This document shows, piece after piece, positions 51,766 to 63,136 of a stretch of 64,000 nucleotides of DNA. The stretch is from a virus, in the IMG/VR virus record IMGVR_UViG_3300029305_006219, one strand, 5' to 3'. The position numbers and the translations under genes were made by a program. Numbering within the stretch: the first letter of the stretch is position 1; each line of letters opens with the position of its first letter. Below the pieces are notes generated by a model that was not told the DNA's origin, made no database searches, and saw nothing but the letters and a program-made list of their open reading frames with translations.

Positions 51766-52098
51766 ATGGTTATTCAACAAAATTGTAATTTTATTGAAAA
51801 TGCCAGTGCTCCTATTGTATCAAAAACATTTTCTAATGCGGCAAGCGACACCTTAACGCTGCAAATAAGTGGCGCTAATGGTAAGTATTATCTTGAAGGA
51901 CGCAATAATTCTATGGGTGACTGGTTTGCGCTCGCAGGTATTAGCTTAAGTGACTTCTCTGCCCACCGAGGAGTGTTTACAAAAGCTGGTATCTATGAGA
52001 TTGGCGTAGTCGGTATTCGTGAAGTACGCGTACGAATAGAATCAGTAGAAGGAAATGTTTCTATTTTTGGACAAATGATAAGCACGGAGGAGACGTAA
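51766..52098 (+). CDS. hypothetical structural protein (about 110 aa)
   Basis: RBS ataggagg plus ATG at 51766, inside track ORF 51760..52098. Confidence 0.45.
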   Translation: MVIQQNCNFIENASAPIVSKTFSNAASDTLTLQISGANGKYYLEGRNNSMGDWFALAGISLSDFSAHRGVFTKAGIYEIGVVGIREVRVRIESVEGNVSIFGQMISTEET

Positions 52099-52099
52099 G

Positions 52100-52987
52100 A
52101 TGGCGATAGATATTATTGCAAGAGGTCTTGCGACTTCGCTTATTGGTTCAGATGGACGAATTTCTTCAGATAAACTACCTGTGATGGGCGCAGTCCCAGA
52201 AGGCGCGACATTTTATCCAGTTGGCGCCATTACGGACCCTAAGCAGCTTGAAGGCAAAACATCTGAAGAGATTCTTTTAATGATGCTTTACGGCGTAGTA
52301 AGTCCCACCCTTACGAATCCTAGTTTAGCAGTTGAAGTTACCTCAGGATTAACAGCTGTTGCTGGAAAACCCGTTACTATTAATGGAACTCTAGTTTTTG
52401 ATCGAGGCGCAATATCGCCTGCCTATGGTACCTCAGGGTATCGCGCGGGCGCCCCATTATCATATACAATAAATGATATTGAAGTCCCTTCTGCTACTTT
52501 CACCATTGATTTAATACCTATTGCAGGTGAAAATATAATAAACTGCACTGTTTATTATGCAGAAGGAGAACAGCCATTAAACAGTATTGGATAGCCTTTT
52601 GATTTACCTTTATCTGCAGGTTATTTAACGACAAGCTTTACTATTGTCGGTACCCATCAAATATATACTGCTGATGGTAAAGAGTTAGATTTTACTTGGT
52701 TTGAAGATGAAAATGGCGCCGGATACGAAGTTGAATTATTAATAGAAACAGGAAATACAAAGCAATCTTTTGCAGTTAATGCTAATTTAAAAGTTATTGG
52801 TATTAAACAATTTGAGACAATGACTCAAACATGGCAATGGATTGGAGGTAGTCCTGAAGCATCATTAGCTACTTTTGATACATCTTTAATTGAAGGAGAC
52901 TCCTTAGATTAGTCTGATGACTATATGGTATATACTCATAATGGTTCTAAGACTGGTAATAGAGAATTGCGTATTTACGTAGAGTGA
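52100..52987 (+). CDS. hypothetical tail protein (about 295 aa, 2 in-frame TAG)
   Basis: Track ORF 52100..52594 continues in frame past the TAG to the TGA at 52985-52987. Confidence 0.45.
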
Positions 52988-53005
52988 AAGGGGTATAGAT
53001 AAGAT

Positions 53006-53872
53006 ATGGCAAGAGAAAAAGGTACATTTCTAGTCTCAGCTAATTATGAGCCGCAAAAAGCTGCCCCATTCGATGCGCGGGCTTTGGTTGAAACTAAAGC
53101 AGATTTATTTGCGGCAAATACATGGGCTATAAATAACGAATTGTGGATTTATAAAGGTATGATAGTTGCAGTTGCAACTGACATTGAGCCTAAAAACAAT
53201 GGTATTTATATGCTCTTAGACGATGTAAATTATTTTAATGAAGATGCTTGGCTTAAAATGTCTGACTCAACCATGGACGGCGAGTCTGCTGGTGAGGTTC
53301 TAGGTCAATTAAATTCTTATAAAGAGACTAACGATGCGGTAGTTGCTGCTATCAATGGTAAGATTGGAACTCCTGGTGAGGGACAAAATGATGAAGGCGA
53401 TACGCTTTATAGCTTAATTGCAGAAGCGCAAACTCAGGCTAATAAAGGTGTTGCCGATGCGAAGACAGCGAATGACGCAATTGCAGCGTTAACCAATGGC
53501 GCAATTGCTACTAATACATCTGACATTAGCGCAATTAAAGGTAGACTTACTACTCTTGAGACAGAAGTTCTTCCTATTATCAATAAGCATAGTGATATTC
53601 TTGCAGGCATTGGCGGCGATGGTGAAAAAGCAACAGTTAAGGCATATGTTGATGATGCTATTGCAGCAATTCCTACTTATGAACTTCCTGCAGCTACTGC
53701 TGAAACTCTTGGTGGAGTTAAGTCTGCGGCTGATGTTGACGGGAAAGCAGTTACAAATGCAGTTTATGTTGATGCAACTAGCAATGTTGGTAGTGTAAAA
53801 ACTATAAGCACAGATATATTAGTCCAAGGGGTCGAAGAGCTTATTCTTAATGGCGGTAGCGCCAAGGCTTAA
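53006..53872 (+). CDS. fibre-like structural protein (288 aa, no TAG)
   Basis: Intact ORF with an Ala/Thr-rich repetitive C-terminus. A GC hairpin at 53903-53926 carries the same 23-mer as 17775-17797, in inverted orientation. Confidence 0.45.
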   Translation: MAREKGTFLVSANYEPQKAAPFDARALVETKADLFAANTWAINNELWIYKGMIVAVATDIEPKNNGIYMLLDDVNYFNEDAWLKMSDSTMDGESAGEVLGQLNSYKETNDAVVAAINGKIGTPGEGQNDEGDTLYSLIAEAQTQANKGVADAKTANDAIAALTNGAIATNTSDISAIKGRLTTLETEVLPIINKHSDILAGIGGDGEKATVKAYVDDAIAAIPTYELPAATAETLGGVKSAADVDGKAVTNAVYVDATSNVGSVKTISTDILVQGVEELILNGGSAKA

Positions 53873-53966
53873 TTATAAGCCACTTAATATATAAAATATA
53901 AGACGCCTTAGGGTGACCTTTGGCGCCGATTAAATAAATTCATAATTTAAAGGAGATTTTAAAATT

Positions 53967-55481
53967 ATGGCGAAACAAATTAATACTCGTATCATGCTTA
54001 AGCATGATAGCTTAACTAATTGGAATGAATCCTCTATAGTTCTTAAGCCAGGTGAAGTTGGTATAGCATATGTAGATGTTACAACCACTGATGCCAAGGG
54101 CAATATTATTCATGTTCCTACTGCTCTTTTAAAAGTAGGTGAAAATGTAGAGAATTCTACCAAAACTTTTAAAGAGCTTCCCTTTATGTCTGCTATTGCA
54201 GCTGATGTTTATGCATGGGCAAAGAAGAGCGGAATTGAAGTAGTAGACGAAGGAGAGGGAGAGGTTCTTTCTGATGTAACTTGGGAGAATGACAAACTCG
54301 TTCTTCATAGATTAGATGTTGTAACTCCAGCAGAACTTACAACGGCTCTTGGAAGTTACTATACAAAAGATGAAATTGATGGCAAGATTGAGGAAATCAG
54401 TCAGTCTATTTCGGACCTTGACGTATCTGCTCTTGAAGGTAGAGTTGATGCAGTAGAGACTGCTGTCGAAACAACACTCCCTGGTCAAATCAGCGCAGTA
54501 GATGCAAAATTTGCAAGCTATACAACAACAGCTGCGCAACAAGCAATTGATGCGGAACAGGATCGTAGACTTGGCGTTATCGAGGGTGATTATGTAAAAT
54601 CTGCTGATATTGCCAACTTTGAAACAAAAGAGAATGTTCAGAAGGTTGCAAACGATCTTGCAGGATATCAAACTTCTAATGACGCAGCTCTTGCAGCAGT
54701 AAAAGCAACAGCTGATGCGGCTGCAGTTAAGACTGAGGTTGAGACAGCTCTTGCTGATAGATATACTAAAACCGAGGCAGATGCTGCTTTTGATGCAAAA
54801 GGCAGTGCTGATCAAGCATTAACCGATGCTAAGGACTATACTGATACCCAAATTCAAGCTATCATGGGTGGAGAAGTCGATGAAGCTTATAACTCTTTCT
54901 TAGAGATTCAGAATTTCTTAAAGGCTGATGAAACTGCTACTGCTCAGCTTGTTGAAAAGGTAAATGCGAATGAGGCGGCCGCAGCTGCAGCTCAGGCAAA
55001 GGCTGATGCTGCACTTCCTACAGCTACCGCGGAGGCAGATTACTTAAAGAAAACAGATGCATCTACCATTTACGAGCCTATTGGTGCACAAGCTGCTGCA
55101 GAGGCTACTGCTAAAGGTTATACCGATACAGAGATTGCAAAGCTTAGCAATGTTTATGATGCTAAGGGTGCTGCTGCTGATGCACAGGCGGCTGCTATCG
55201 CAGATGCTGCGGGCAAGTATGAGACAAAAGGTACTGCTCAAGGTATTGTTGACGCTTTAAACCTTGCTCAAACTTATGAGCCTATTGGCGCAGAAGGTAG
55301 AGCTATTGCTGCGGCAAAGACTGAAACTGAGAACCAGATTGCAGCTCTTGGTATTGAAGATTATGCAAAGAGCGCAGATGTGGCTACTACATATCGCGCA
55401 AAGGCAGATAAGATTACTTCTGATGATCTCTCTGACGAAGTTTTCATCTTTAATTGCGGAACAGCATCTACTGTTATATAA
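53967..55481 (+). CDS. coiled-coil, alanine-rich tail fibre protein (504 aa, no TAG)
   Basis: Strong RBS taaaggag. Long Ala/Glu/Thr-rich repeats are typical of fibre shafts. A strong terminator follows. Confidence 0.5.
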   Translation: MAKQINTRIMLKHDSLTNWNESSIVLKPGEVGIAYVDVTTTDAKGNIIHVPTALLKVGENVENSTKTFKELPFMSAIAADVYAWAKKSGIEVVDEGEGEVLSDVTWENDKLVLHRLDVVTPAELTTALGSYYTKDEIDGKIEEISQSISDLDVSALEGRVDAVETAVETTLPGQISAVDAKFASYTTTAAQQAIDAEQDRRLGVIEGDYVKSADIANFETKENVQKVANDLAGYQTSNDAALAAVKATADAAAVKTEVETALADRYTKTEADAAFDAKGSADQALTDAKDYTDTQIQAIMGGEVDEAYNSFLEIQNFLKADETATAQLVEKVNANEAAAAAAQAKADAALPTATAEADYLKKTDASTIYEPIGAQAAAEATAKGYTDTEIAKLSNVYDAKGAAADAQAAAIADAAGKYETKGTAQGIVDALNLAQTYEPIGAEGRAIAAAKTETENQIAALGIEDYAKSADVATTYRAKADKITSDDLSDEVFIFNCGTASTVI

Positions 55482-55500
55482 TAAATTAAACAGATATTTG

Positions 55501-55534
55501 AAAGGCGCTAATAGTTAGCGCCTTTCTTTTTTTG
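55501..55534 (+). terminator. intrinsic terminator
   Basis: Hairpin aaaggcgctaa-tag-ttagcgccttt followed by T8. Confidence 0.65.
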
Positions 55535-55609
55535 GTCATTTTAAGTTAATCTCATTTAATGAATTTTAATATATAATTAGAGAATTACTGGGAAAGGAGG
55601 AATTCCTAC

Positions 55610-56116
55610 ATGGCTGAATTAATTGGAACATTTGGTGCTGGTACTGTAATTATTATTTTATTAATTGCGATTCCAGCCATTGTTAATTTTATCTCTTGGT
55701 GTAAAAAAATATGGTCTACAAGAGAGAAGTTTAAAGAAGAAAATATCCAAAAAGGTAAAAAGATAGAAGCGGAAACTGAGCAAAAAGAGGCGCGTCTCGT
55801 GAAGCATGAAGACAGAATTAAGTTATTAGAAGATAACTTAATTGAAATGAAAAAAATTAATGAAGCGCAAAGTAAAGAGTTAACTCGTTTGCGTAAATCT
55901 GATAGATTAGCAATCAAAACATGGATAAAAGAATAGCATGAAAAGTGGATTAGATTAGGATGTATTGATAACTACACTTTAGATTTACTTGAAGAAAGAT
56001 ATGCTATTTATAAAGAAGAAGGCGGCAACAGTTGGGCTAAGAAGCTTATGGACGAGCTTCGCGCCCTTCCCACAGTAACCGTAGTTGCTATATCAGATAT
56101 TCATGAATAGGAATAA
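55610..56116 (+). CDS. membrane-anchored coiled-coil protein (about 168 aa, 2 in-frame TAG); possible holin or lysis-associated protein
   Basis: An N-terminal TM helix GAGTVIIILLIAIPAIVNFISW is followed by a coiled coil. Track ORF 55610..55936 continues through the TAG to the TAA at 56114-56116. Confidence 0.35.
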
Positions 56117-56146
56117 GATATATGGAGATAAAAGGAGAAAAAGATT

Positions 56147-57502
56147 ATGGCAACACAAACACTTTATCCACCTATTATTGATACTGCAAAAGGAACAGTT
56201 TTCACTAATTAGGGTATAACTGTTTATTTTAATTTAATAAACAAAATAATCTCTAACAAAGATAAAATTTTAATAAAACAAGAAGACATTGAAACTGGCA
56301 ACATAGATTGGCAACTTTTAACCAGTTCTAATAATAGTATTAAAGCTAATTATATAGATGGTTTTAAAGATATACTTATTTATCTATATTTAATAGACAC
56401 TTCTGTTTCTACTACTCCTGTAGAAGGATGGAAGGATTGGTTAAAAAATACTAATAATAAATCTTTACACTCAGAAGCGAGTACTGGAGTGAGATTTAAT
56501 TATTTGACTCAAATTCCTAGTTTAGATATAAGTTGGACGAATATTGGTCGTAATAATACAATATCTATAACAGGACAAGATAGTTTATCTGAGGAAGATT
56601 TTATTACTTATTTTGCATTTACTTGTGCGGGAAAAACTTAGGAATTTTATTCTTCTCTACCTACAGATTTTAAGTTTATTTTATCATATAATTTAGTTGG
56701 AACCGCTATTAATTATCAATATACTTATAAAACTTTTAAAGGATATGTATATTCTGGATCTGGCTTAAGAGAATGGACGGCATCAAACGAATCTTTGGCG
56801 CCCATTACTTATTCTTTTGAAAAAGAATATAGTATTAAAATATCTAATCCTAATGGTTATGAGATATATAAGAAAATAGACGAACAAGAACACAGTTTAG
56901 GCACTGATACTGATATAACCGATTATCTTTTAGAAGGTTCTCATGATGTTTATTACTATAATAACCCTGATGCCTCTGTTATAAATGAACCTCATATCGT
57001 GATAAATAAAGTCTTTGATGATATGTTTTTATTGTCTAAAAATAAAACATTACGTATTAGATTTAATCCAGATATATCTAGCTATAAACGCAACGTAGCA
57101 GATGTAATCACTGCCACATTAGGGGGCGCCTATCCATTTGTAAGACGCAACGGCGCACAAAAATATCGCACTTTTACTATTAATGGTATGATTTCCTACG
57201 AAGGCGAAGATTTAACTGATGATAGATCTTTACTTAATGAAATTACATTATTATCCGATGATTCATATGATAATCATGTAATTAATGAACGTAAATATCG
57301 CGATAAGGTTTTAGACTTTCTTTATACACCAGATATTAAATTGTTTAAATCAACTCAAGAGGGTAATATTTTTGTTTATTTATCTAACATTTCATTGACC
57401 CCTGAGAAGACGCTTTGGCGCTCAATTTACTCCTTTTCTTGCACTGCGACAGAAGTTGCTCCTTAGTATGACATGTTTAAGTTGGAGTCAATAGGAGGTT
57501 GA
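56147..57502 (+). CDS. hypothetical structural protein (about 451 aa, 3 in-frame TAG)
   Basis: RBS aaaggag plus ATG at 56147, in frame with track ORF 56795..57466. TGA at 57500-57502. Confidence 0.45.
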
Positions 57503-57504
57503 TT

Positions 57505-59715
57505 ATGGCAAAATATAGCTACTTATCTAATCCTTAGATATTAAGATATGTTGATAATTTAATAGTAAAAGAACAATATGTTAAAATTATTTTATTCAAC
57601 ATGAATGACGAACCTCTTGAATCTATTGAAGGGTTTGCCACTACCGGTAGTATTTCAGTAAATGGTTAGTCTTCAATGCGTAGAACTGGCTCTTTAACAA
57701 TGTTAACTTATACGGATAAAGATATTTGTAAAAATCCTAATTTTATAATGAATAAAGTAACTGATATTAATAATAAATTATCAATGAATAAAAAGATTGA
57801 AATTGAAGTTGGTATTAAAAATACTGGCGCATAGTATTTAGAATATTCTATCTTTTGGTTCCCTGTTGGAGTTTATGGAATTACAGATGCTTCTGTGAGT
57901 TCAAATAATTCGGGTATTCAAATATCTTTAAAATTTAATGATAAAATGGCATTTTTGAATGGCTCTTTAGGAGGTACTTTTTCAGTTAAGACAACGCATT
58001 CTCCTATTTATGTAGAGGGCGGTGATCCTGAGCCTGTTTTAAATCGTAAATTAATTGAATCTCTGGTACATGATGCAGGTGGTATTCCTAAAGAAAAAAT
58101 TATTATTGAAGATGTTCCCTTTTAGATTAAAAATGCAATTCGATGGACATCAAATTATCCAGCTTATTTAAAGCATATAGATGGTAACAAATATGAGTTA
58201 ACATTAGGATAGGCGCCAAATGATGGAGCTATTGATGAATATATTTTTGGAGATGCTATTGGATATCAAATGACTAATTTTACTTATGGCGCAGGTGATA
58301 GTCAAGCAGAGTTAACTTCTAATGCAGGTGAAACTATTGAATCTGTCTTAAACAAGATAAAAAATACTATGGGTAATTATGAGTTTTTCTTTGATTTAGA
58401 TGGGAACTTTAGATTTAGAGAAATTAAAAATTATCTTAATGAAGGTAGTGCTATTAACAATCTTGTAGATGCTATTAATGATAAATATTTTATTAATTAG
58501 TCGCGAGGTAAATCAATCTACTCTTTTGATAATACTAATTGTACTGTTTCCTATTCTAATAATCCACGTTATAGTGAAATTAAAAATGATATTATTGTAT
58601 GGGGGTAGACTGCTAAAAATAAAACCCCAATTTGTTATCATTTAATTATTGACACACCGCCTTAGTCTGGTAACGAATACTGGGTTGTGTTTTAGATGGA
58701 TGCAGATGGTACATAGAGAGCTAAAGCAGTATGGGATGTGTAGCCTGAGAATGATAAACTTAGTGCAAAAAAAGTAAGGACTTAGGACTGGCGCCAAGAA
58801 CTCTATATGTAGTATATTAGAGATGGAGTTCAAACTCCTTTGGCTAAAGAGTTAATTTAGAATTTGCCTTTGATTTATAATGTTCAATATGGAATAGAAG
58901 CCGATAATATTAAGCCTGGTGATAACGGCTTCTTTTATGATAATTAGCCTGATGCAACACCTTATTTTATAGATATGATAGACCCTAATCTTTTTGGCGG
59001 AGATAATATTATACCAATTTTAGCCAAAAAAACAGCAACGGTAATTATACCTGCCACATAGAGCGGAACGGAAAAAATTCCATATGAAGGGATGGATAGT
59101 ATACTTAAATTACATTCTATTGAAGGCGAAGAAACAGCTTGCATTACTTCTATTGAACATGATGCTAATTATATTATTATAAAATATAACAACACAACCG
59201 ATACATTACTTTCTATAATTATTAATTATTCTGTTGTTACTGGTTATTAGACTATACAATCAAATACAATAGGTGTTACAGGTTTAGAATCAATAAAATA
59301 GTTTGGAGTTTAGACTATAGGCCGCCGACAAAAAGTTATTAATGATTCAAAAGTAAACTGTGTCTTTGCGCCAGTGCTAAAAGATATTTTATATGTTGAA
59401 AAAGCAGAAGATGCATCTGCTAATCAAAAGTATATTATTGCAGATACTTCGATTCAATCAGCTATTGGAATAGGCGTAGCAACTAATTCAGCATATGATT
59501 TAGTACGCAGTGCATTACATTAGTACACTAGTTACAATAATAGTATTAGTTTATCTTGTATGCCTATTTATCATTTAGAGCCAAATACTCGTATTACAGT
59601 AAATGATGATGATAGTGATATTCATGGAGACTATATTATAAATAGTTTAACAGTTCCACTTACAGCGAATGGAACAATGAGTATAAGCGCAAGTCGTGCG
59701 ATTGAAAGAATATAA
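57505..59715 (+). CDS. hypothetical large structural protein (about 736 aa, many in-frame TAG)
   Basis: Frame 1 contains track ORFs 57895 and 58270 and is joined through TAG. TAA at 59713-59715. Two tandem terminators follow at 59723-59751 and 59802-59829. Confidence 0.45.
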
Positions 59716-59930
59716 TAAAAATAAAGGAACTCATTTTGAGTTCCTTTTTTATTGAAAGAAATAATTTAATACGATTTTAATTGATTACTGTTAAAATGAT
59801 TTCCTCATCATATGGATGAGGATTTTTTTATTCTCCTGTTAAATTTCAAAATTTATATCAAAATTTATTAAAGCGATTAAGTAAATTTTAATATAAATTT
59901 GAACAAGAGTGAAAGGAGAAATAAACTCGA

Positions 59931-60416
59931 ATGAATATGTATAATAATCTAACTCAACAGACACCCTATATGTATGGATATGGGATGCAACCACAGTATC
60001 AGAGAATGATGCAGACTCAACAGACAGATTAGAGTGCGCCTAGCGTTGCTCCATAGCAGCAATATACCGCGCCTATAATGATGTCACAAGGCAATTACAT
60101 TAAAGGTCGTCCAGTAGTCTCGATTGATGAAGCAAGAGCTAGTCAAATCGATTTAGATGGATCGCTCTATGTTTTCCCAGACTTAGGAAATAAGAAGATT
60201 TATACCAAACAGATTAACATGGATGGCACTGCCGCTTTTAATGTATTTGAATTAAGCACTCCAAGTGAAGCTGCGCCGGCGCCGGTGTATGTTACTAAGG
60301 ATGAGCTTGATGAAATTTTGGCAAGTTTTAAGGCAAGTTTGGTTTAGGAAAAATCACAAGAACCTGGACCGGCGCGCAATGTAAAAGCGCAAGTAAATGC
60401 GCCATTTAATCTATAA
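59931..60416 (+). CDS. hypothetical protein with a Q/M/Y-rich N-terminus (about 161 aa, 4 in-frame TAG)
   Basis: RBS gaaaggag plus ATG at 59931. Track ORF 60078..60347 is in the same frame. TAA at 60414-60416. Confidence 0.45.
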
Positions 60417-60427
60417 GGAGGTAAAAT

Positions 60428-60676
60428 ATGGCTTACAATGTAGACCCCGCATATTTATTAATGCAAATGCGTTAGGGCAAAAATCCAGAACAATTAATGA
60501 TTGATATTCTTGAAGGAGAAGCGTCACAAAATCCTATTATGGGTAATCTCTTGTCAATGGCAAAAGATAATCGTACAGCAGATATTGAAAAATTCGCACG
60601 TAATCTTGCCAAAGAACAAGGAATTGATTTTGATAAAGAGTTCAGTAGGTTCAAAAAGCAGTATTTTGGACTCTGA
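60428..60676 (+). CDS. small protein (about 82 aa, 1 in-frame TAG)
   Basis: RBS ggaggt plus ATG at 60428. TGA at 60674-60676. Confidence 0.4.
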
Positions 60677-60709
60677 ATCTAAATATATTTTTATAAAGGA
60701 GGACATAAT

Positions 60710-61159
60710 ATGTTCAACACTTCAAATGGATATTCTTTATCCGACATCGCCGCAGTAACAGGCGGCAACAGAGGAAATGGAGGTTTCGGTGACGGCTTTG
60801 GTGAGAACGGTTGGTGGATCATCTTATTGTTTCTTTTCACTGGATGGGGAAGAAATGGTTGGGGCAACAACGGAGGCTCTGAAGGAGGCGCAGGTTACAT
60901 TTTAAATCCTTACTTCTATGGAGCTAACTTTGGTGGATCAGCTTGTGCAACTAAAGATGATGTTCGCGCTGCAGTCGATCAGCAAACTTTAATTTCTAAA
61001 CTTGATAACCAAACTTATGGTTTAGCTGATAGCACATACGCATTAAGTAATGCTATCACAACAGGATTCCACGGAGTAGATAACGCTATCTGTACTCTTG
61101 GATATCAAAACCAAGCTGGATTTACAGCCCTTGGTAACCAGATCGCAGAATGCTGCTAA
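60710..61159 (+). CDS. glycine-rich membrane protein (149 aa) with a YjcZ-like Gly/Trp-flanked hydrophobic core
   Basis: Strong RBS aaaggagg. Core GGNRGNGGFGDGFGENGWWIILLFLFTGWGRNGWGNNGG. No TAG. Confidence 0.5.
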   Translation: MFNTSNGYSLSDIAAVTGGNRGNGGFGDGFGENGWWIILLFLFTGWGRNGWGNNGGSEGGAGYILNPYFYGANFGGSACATKDDVRAAVDQQTLISKLDNQTYGLADSTYALSNAITTGFHGVDNAICTLGYQNQAGFTALGNQIAECC

Positions 61160-61335
61160 AGTCATTGGCAGCCTAATAGGTAACTATTAGAAAACAATTC
61201 GGAGAATTGCTGGAAGGCTAATTTCACAAAATAAAAAATTAAGGACAAAAATTATTCATCCATTAAACTCAATTTTAAATATATATTGAACAATGAAGTT
61301 CATAATTCAATATAGAATAATAAAGGAGATTAAAA

Positions 61336-62136
61336 ATGGAAGAAAATAAGTTTTATGTATATGAATGGTATAATGTTGATACCAATTATGTCTTTTATGT
61401 AGGCAAAGGCTGCGGGAAACGATATCGAGAGATGGCGCGCAGAAATCAATTATTCAAATAGTATTGTATGGATTATAATGTAGATTCAAGAATTGTTAAA
61501 GATCAGCTCACAGAAGAACAAGCTTTTAAATATGAAGCAGAGTTAACTTATTACTACAAAGAAAAAGGTGAATGTCATTGTAGTTTAGCTAAACCTGGAA
61601 CTGGAGGCTACTCTTTTGTATGGACAGAGGATATGAAACAATATTGGTCTAAATATAACCCAATGAAAGCTCAAGAATAGAGAGAAAGAATGTCTAAGAA
61701 TAATCCTATGAAAAATCCAGAATTTGCAAAAAAAGCTGGAGATAAACATAAGCGACCTATTATAATAAACAAAACCCGATATGATGGTCTAGTTGATGCA
61801 GCAAGAGCATATGGAGTAGCAGAGACAACTGTCGTAGGATGGTGTAAAAAAGGAGGCAATCCTCAAGGAGAATTATGTTATTATGAGGATGAAGGACCCA
61901 AACCATTCACTCCTAGTTTAAGTACAAAAGTTCCTATTATTGTAAATGGAATATGGTATGAGAGCAAAGGAGCCGCAGCGAAAGCTATTGGTGCGCCAAA
62001 TGGTTCTTGTTTCAATAGCGCGTTAAAAAATGGGATTTTATATAAAGGACAATATAAATGTGAATATGCTAATCAGCAGCCGAGCCAAGGGAATTCCAAT
62101 AACAGTACCTTGGAAGGTTCAACGACTAACGAGTGA
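61336..62136 (+). CDS. GIY-YIG homing endonuclease with NUMOD-like C-terminal repeats (about 266 aa, 2 in-frame TAG)
   Basis: RBS aaaggag plus ATG at 61336. GIY-YIG motif FYVYEWYNVDTNYVFYVGKGCGKRYREMARRN. Track ORFs 61468 and 61690 are in the same frame. The C-terminus repeats NPMK... Confidence 0.55.
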
Positions 62137-62366
62137 GGATGGATACCAATAATCTCGACACGAGTACCGAACTCCTATTTAGATAGGATGAAGATATAGT
62201 CTGATCTTATAGGAAACTATAAGAAATACAAGATAAAGAGCTTGTATGATAACATAATGGTGACACTCGCGCCGCAATTGCTGATGTAAAAACTCAAGGC
62301 GTTATAAATACTAACGCTCTTGCTTCACAATTAGCTGCTTGCTGCTGCGACATTGAGAAGGCTAAC

Positions 62367-62687
62367 ATGGAAAATCGTTTTGCCGCTCAAACTTATAACT
62401 GCAATACGCTTCAAGCTATTGACAAACTTGGTGATAGAATCATCGATTTCATGACGCAAGATAAGATCGCTTCTCTTACTGCAGAGAATCAGTCTCTTAA
62501 ATTCGCGGCATCACAAGCAAATCAAAATGCATTTATCACTGCAAATCAAGAAGCTCAGACTGCAGAACTTATTCGCAGACTTTCGACTCCATGTCCCGTT
62601 CCTGCGTATGTAGTTCCTAACCCCAACTGCTGCTACGATTATCAAGTAACTCGTAACTGCGGTTGCGGTAATTGCGTAAGCTTCTAA
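62367..62687 (+). CDS. small protein with a Cys-rich C-terminus (106 aa)
   Basis: ORF from the track. The C-terminus is CPVPAYVVPNPNCCYDYQVTRNCGCGNCVSF. Confidence 0.45.
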   Translation: MENRFAAQTYNCNTLQAIDKLGDRIIDFMTQDKIASLTAENQSLKFAASQANQNAFITANQEAQTAELIRRLSTPCPVPAYVVPNPNCCYDYQVTRNCGCGNCVSF

Positions 62688-62715
62688 TTAATTTTAAACG
62701 GAGGCTTAGATAAGA

Positions 62716-63135
62716 ATGGAAATTACAGCAAATGCTCTGCAGACGGTAGAGCTTAATCAAAATGTTCAGTTTACCGACACTGCGGTTTGCGGCAGCTGCT
62801 CCATTATGCATCGTGATGGTAGTGGTTTAGTAACTCTTCGTGGTCTTACTAACCAATGTCGTGCGAGATTTAAGGCGTTCTTCAGCGGGAATATAGCCAT
62901 TCCCGCTGACGGAACTGTTGAAGCGATCTCTCTTGCGATTGCTATTAACGGAGAGGCTGTGGCTACAACCACAATGATCCAAACTCCAGCGGCAGTAGAA
63001 GAATTCGCTAATGTAGCTAGCGCAGTATATATTGACGTTCCTGCTAATTGCTGCATCACAGTTAGCGTAAGAAATACTAGTACGCAAGCTATTGATGTTC
63101 AAAATGCAAACTTAATTATAGAAAGGGTGGCGTAA
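62716..63135 (+). CDS. BclA-C-terminal / C1q-TNF-like jelly-roll domain protein (139 aa)
   Basis: The pattern ..LAIAINGEAVA....SAVYIDVPANCCITVSVRNTSTQAIDVQNANLIIERV resembles the exosporium BclA C-terminal domain and phage receptor-binding C1q-like domains. RBS acggagg. Confidence 0.4.
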   Translation: MEITANALQTVELNQNVQFTDTAVCGSCSIMHRDGSGLVTLRGLTNQCRARFKAFFSGNIAIPADGTVEAISLAIAINGEAVATTTMIQTPAAVEEFANVASAVYIDVPANCCITVSVRNTSTQAIDVQNANLIIERVA

Positions 63136-63136
63136 T

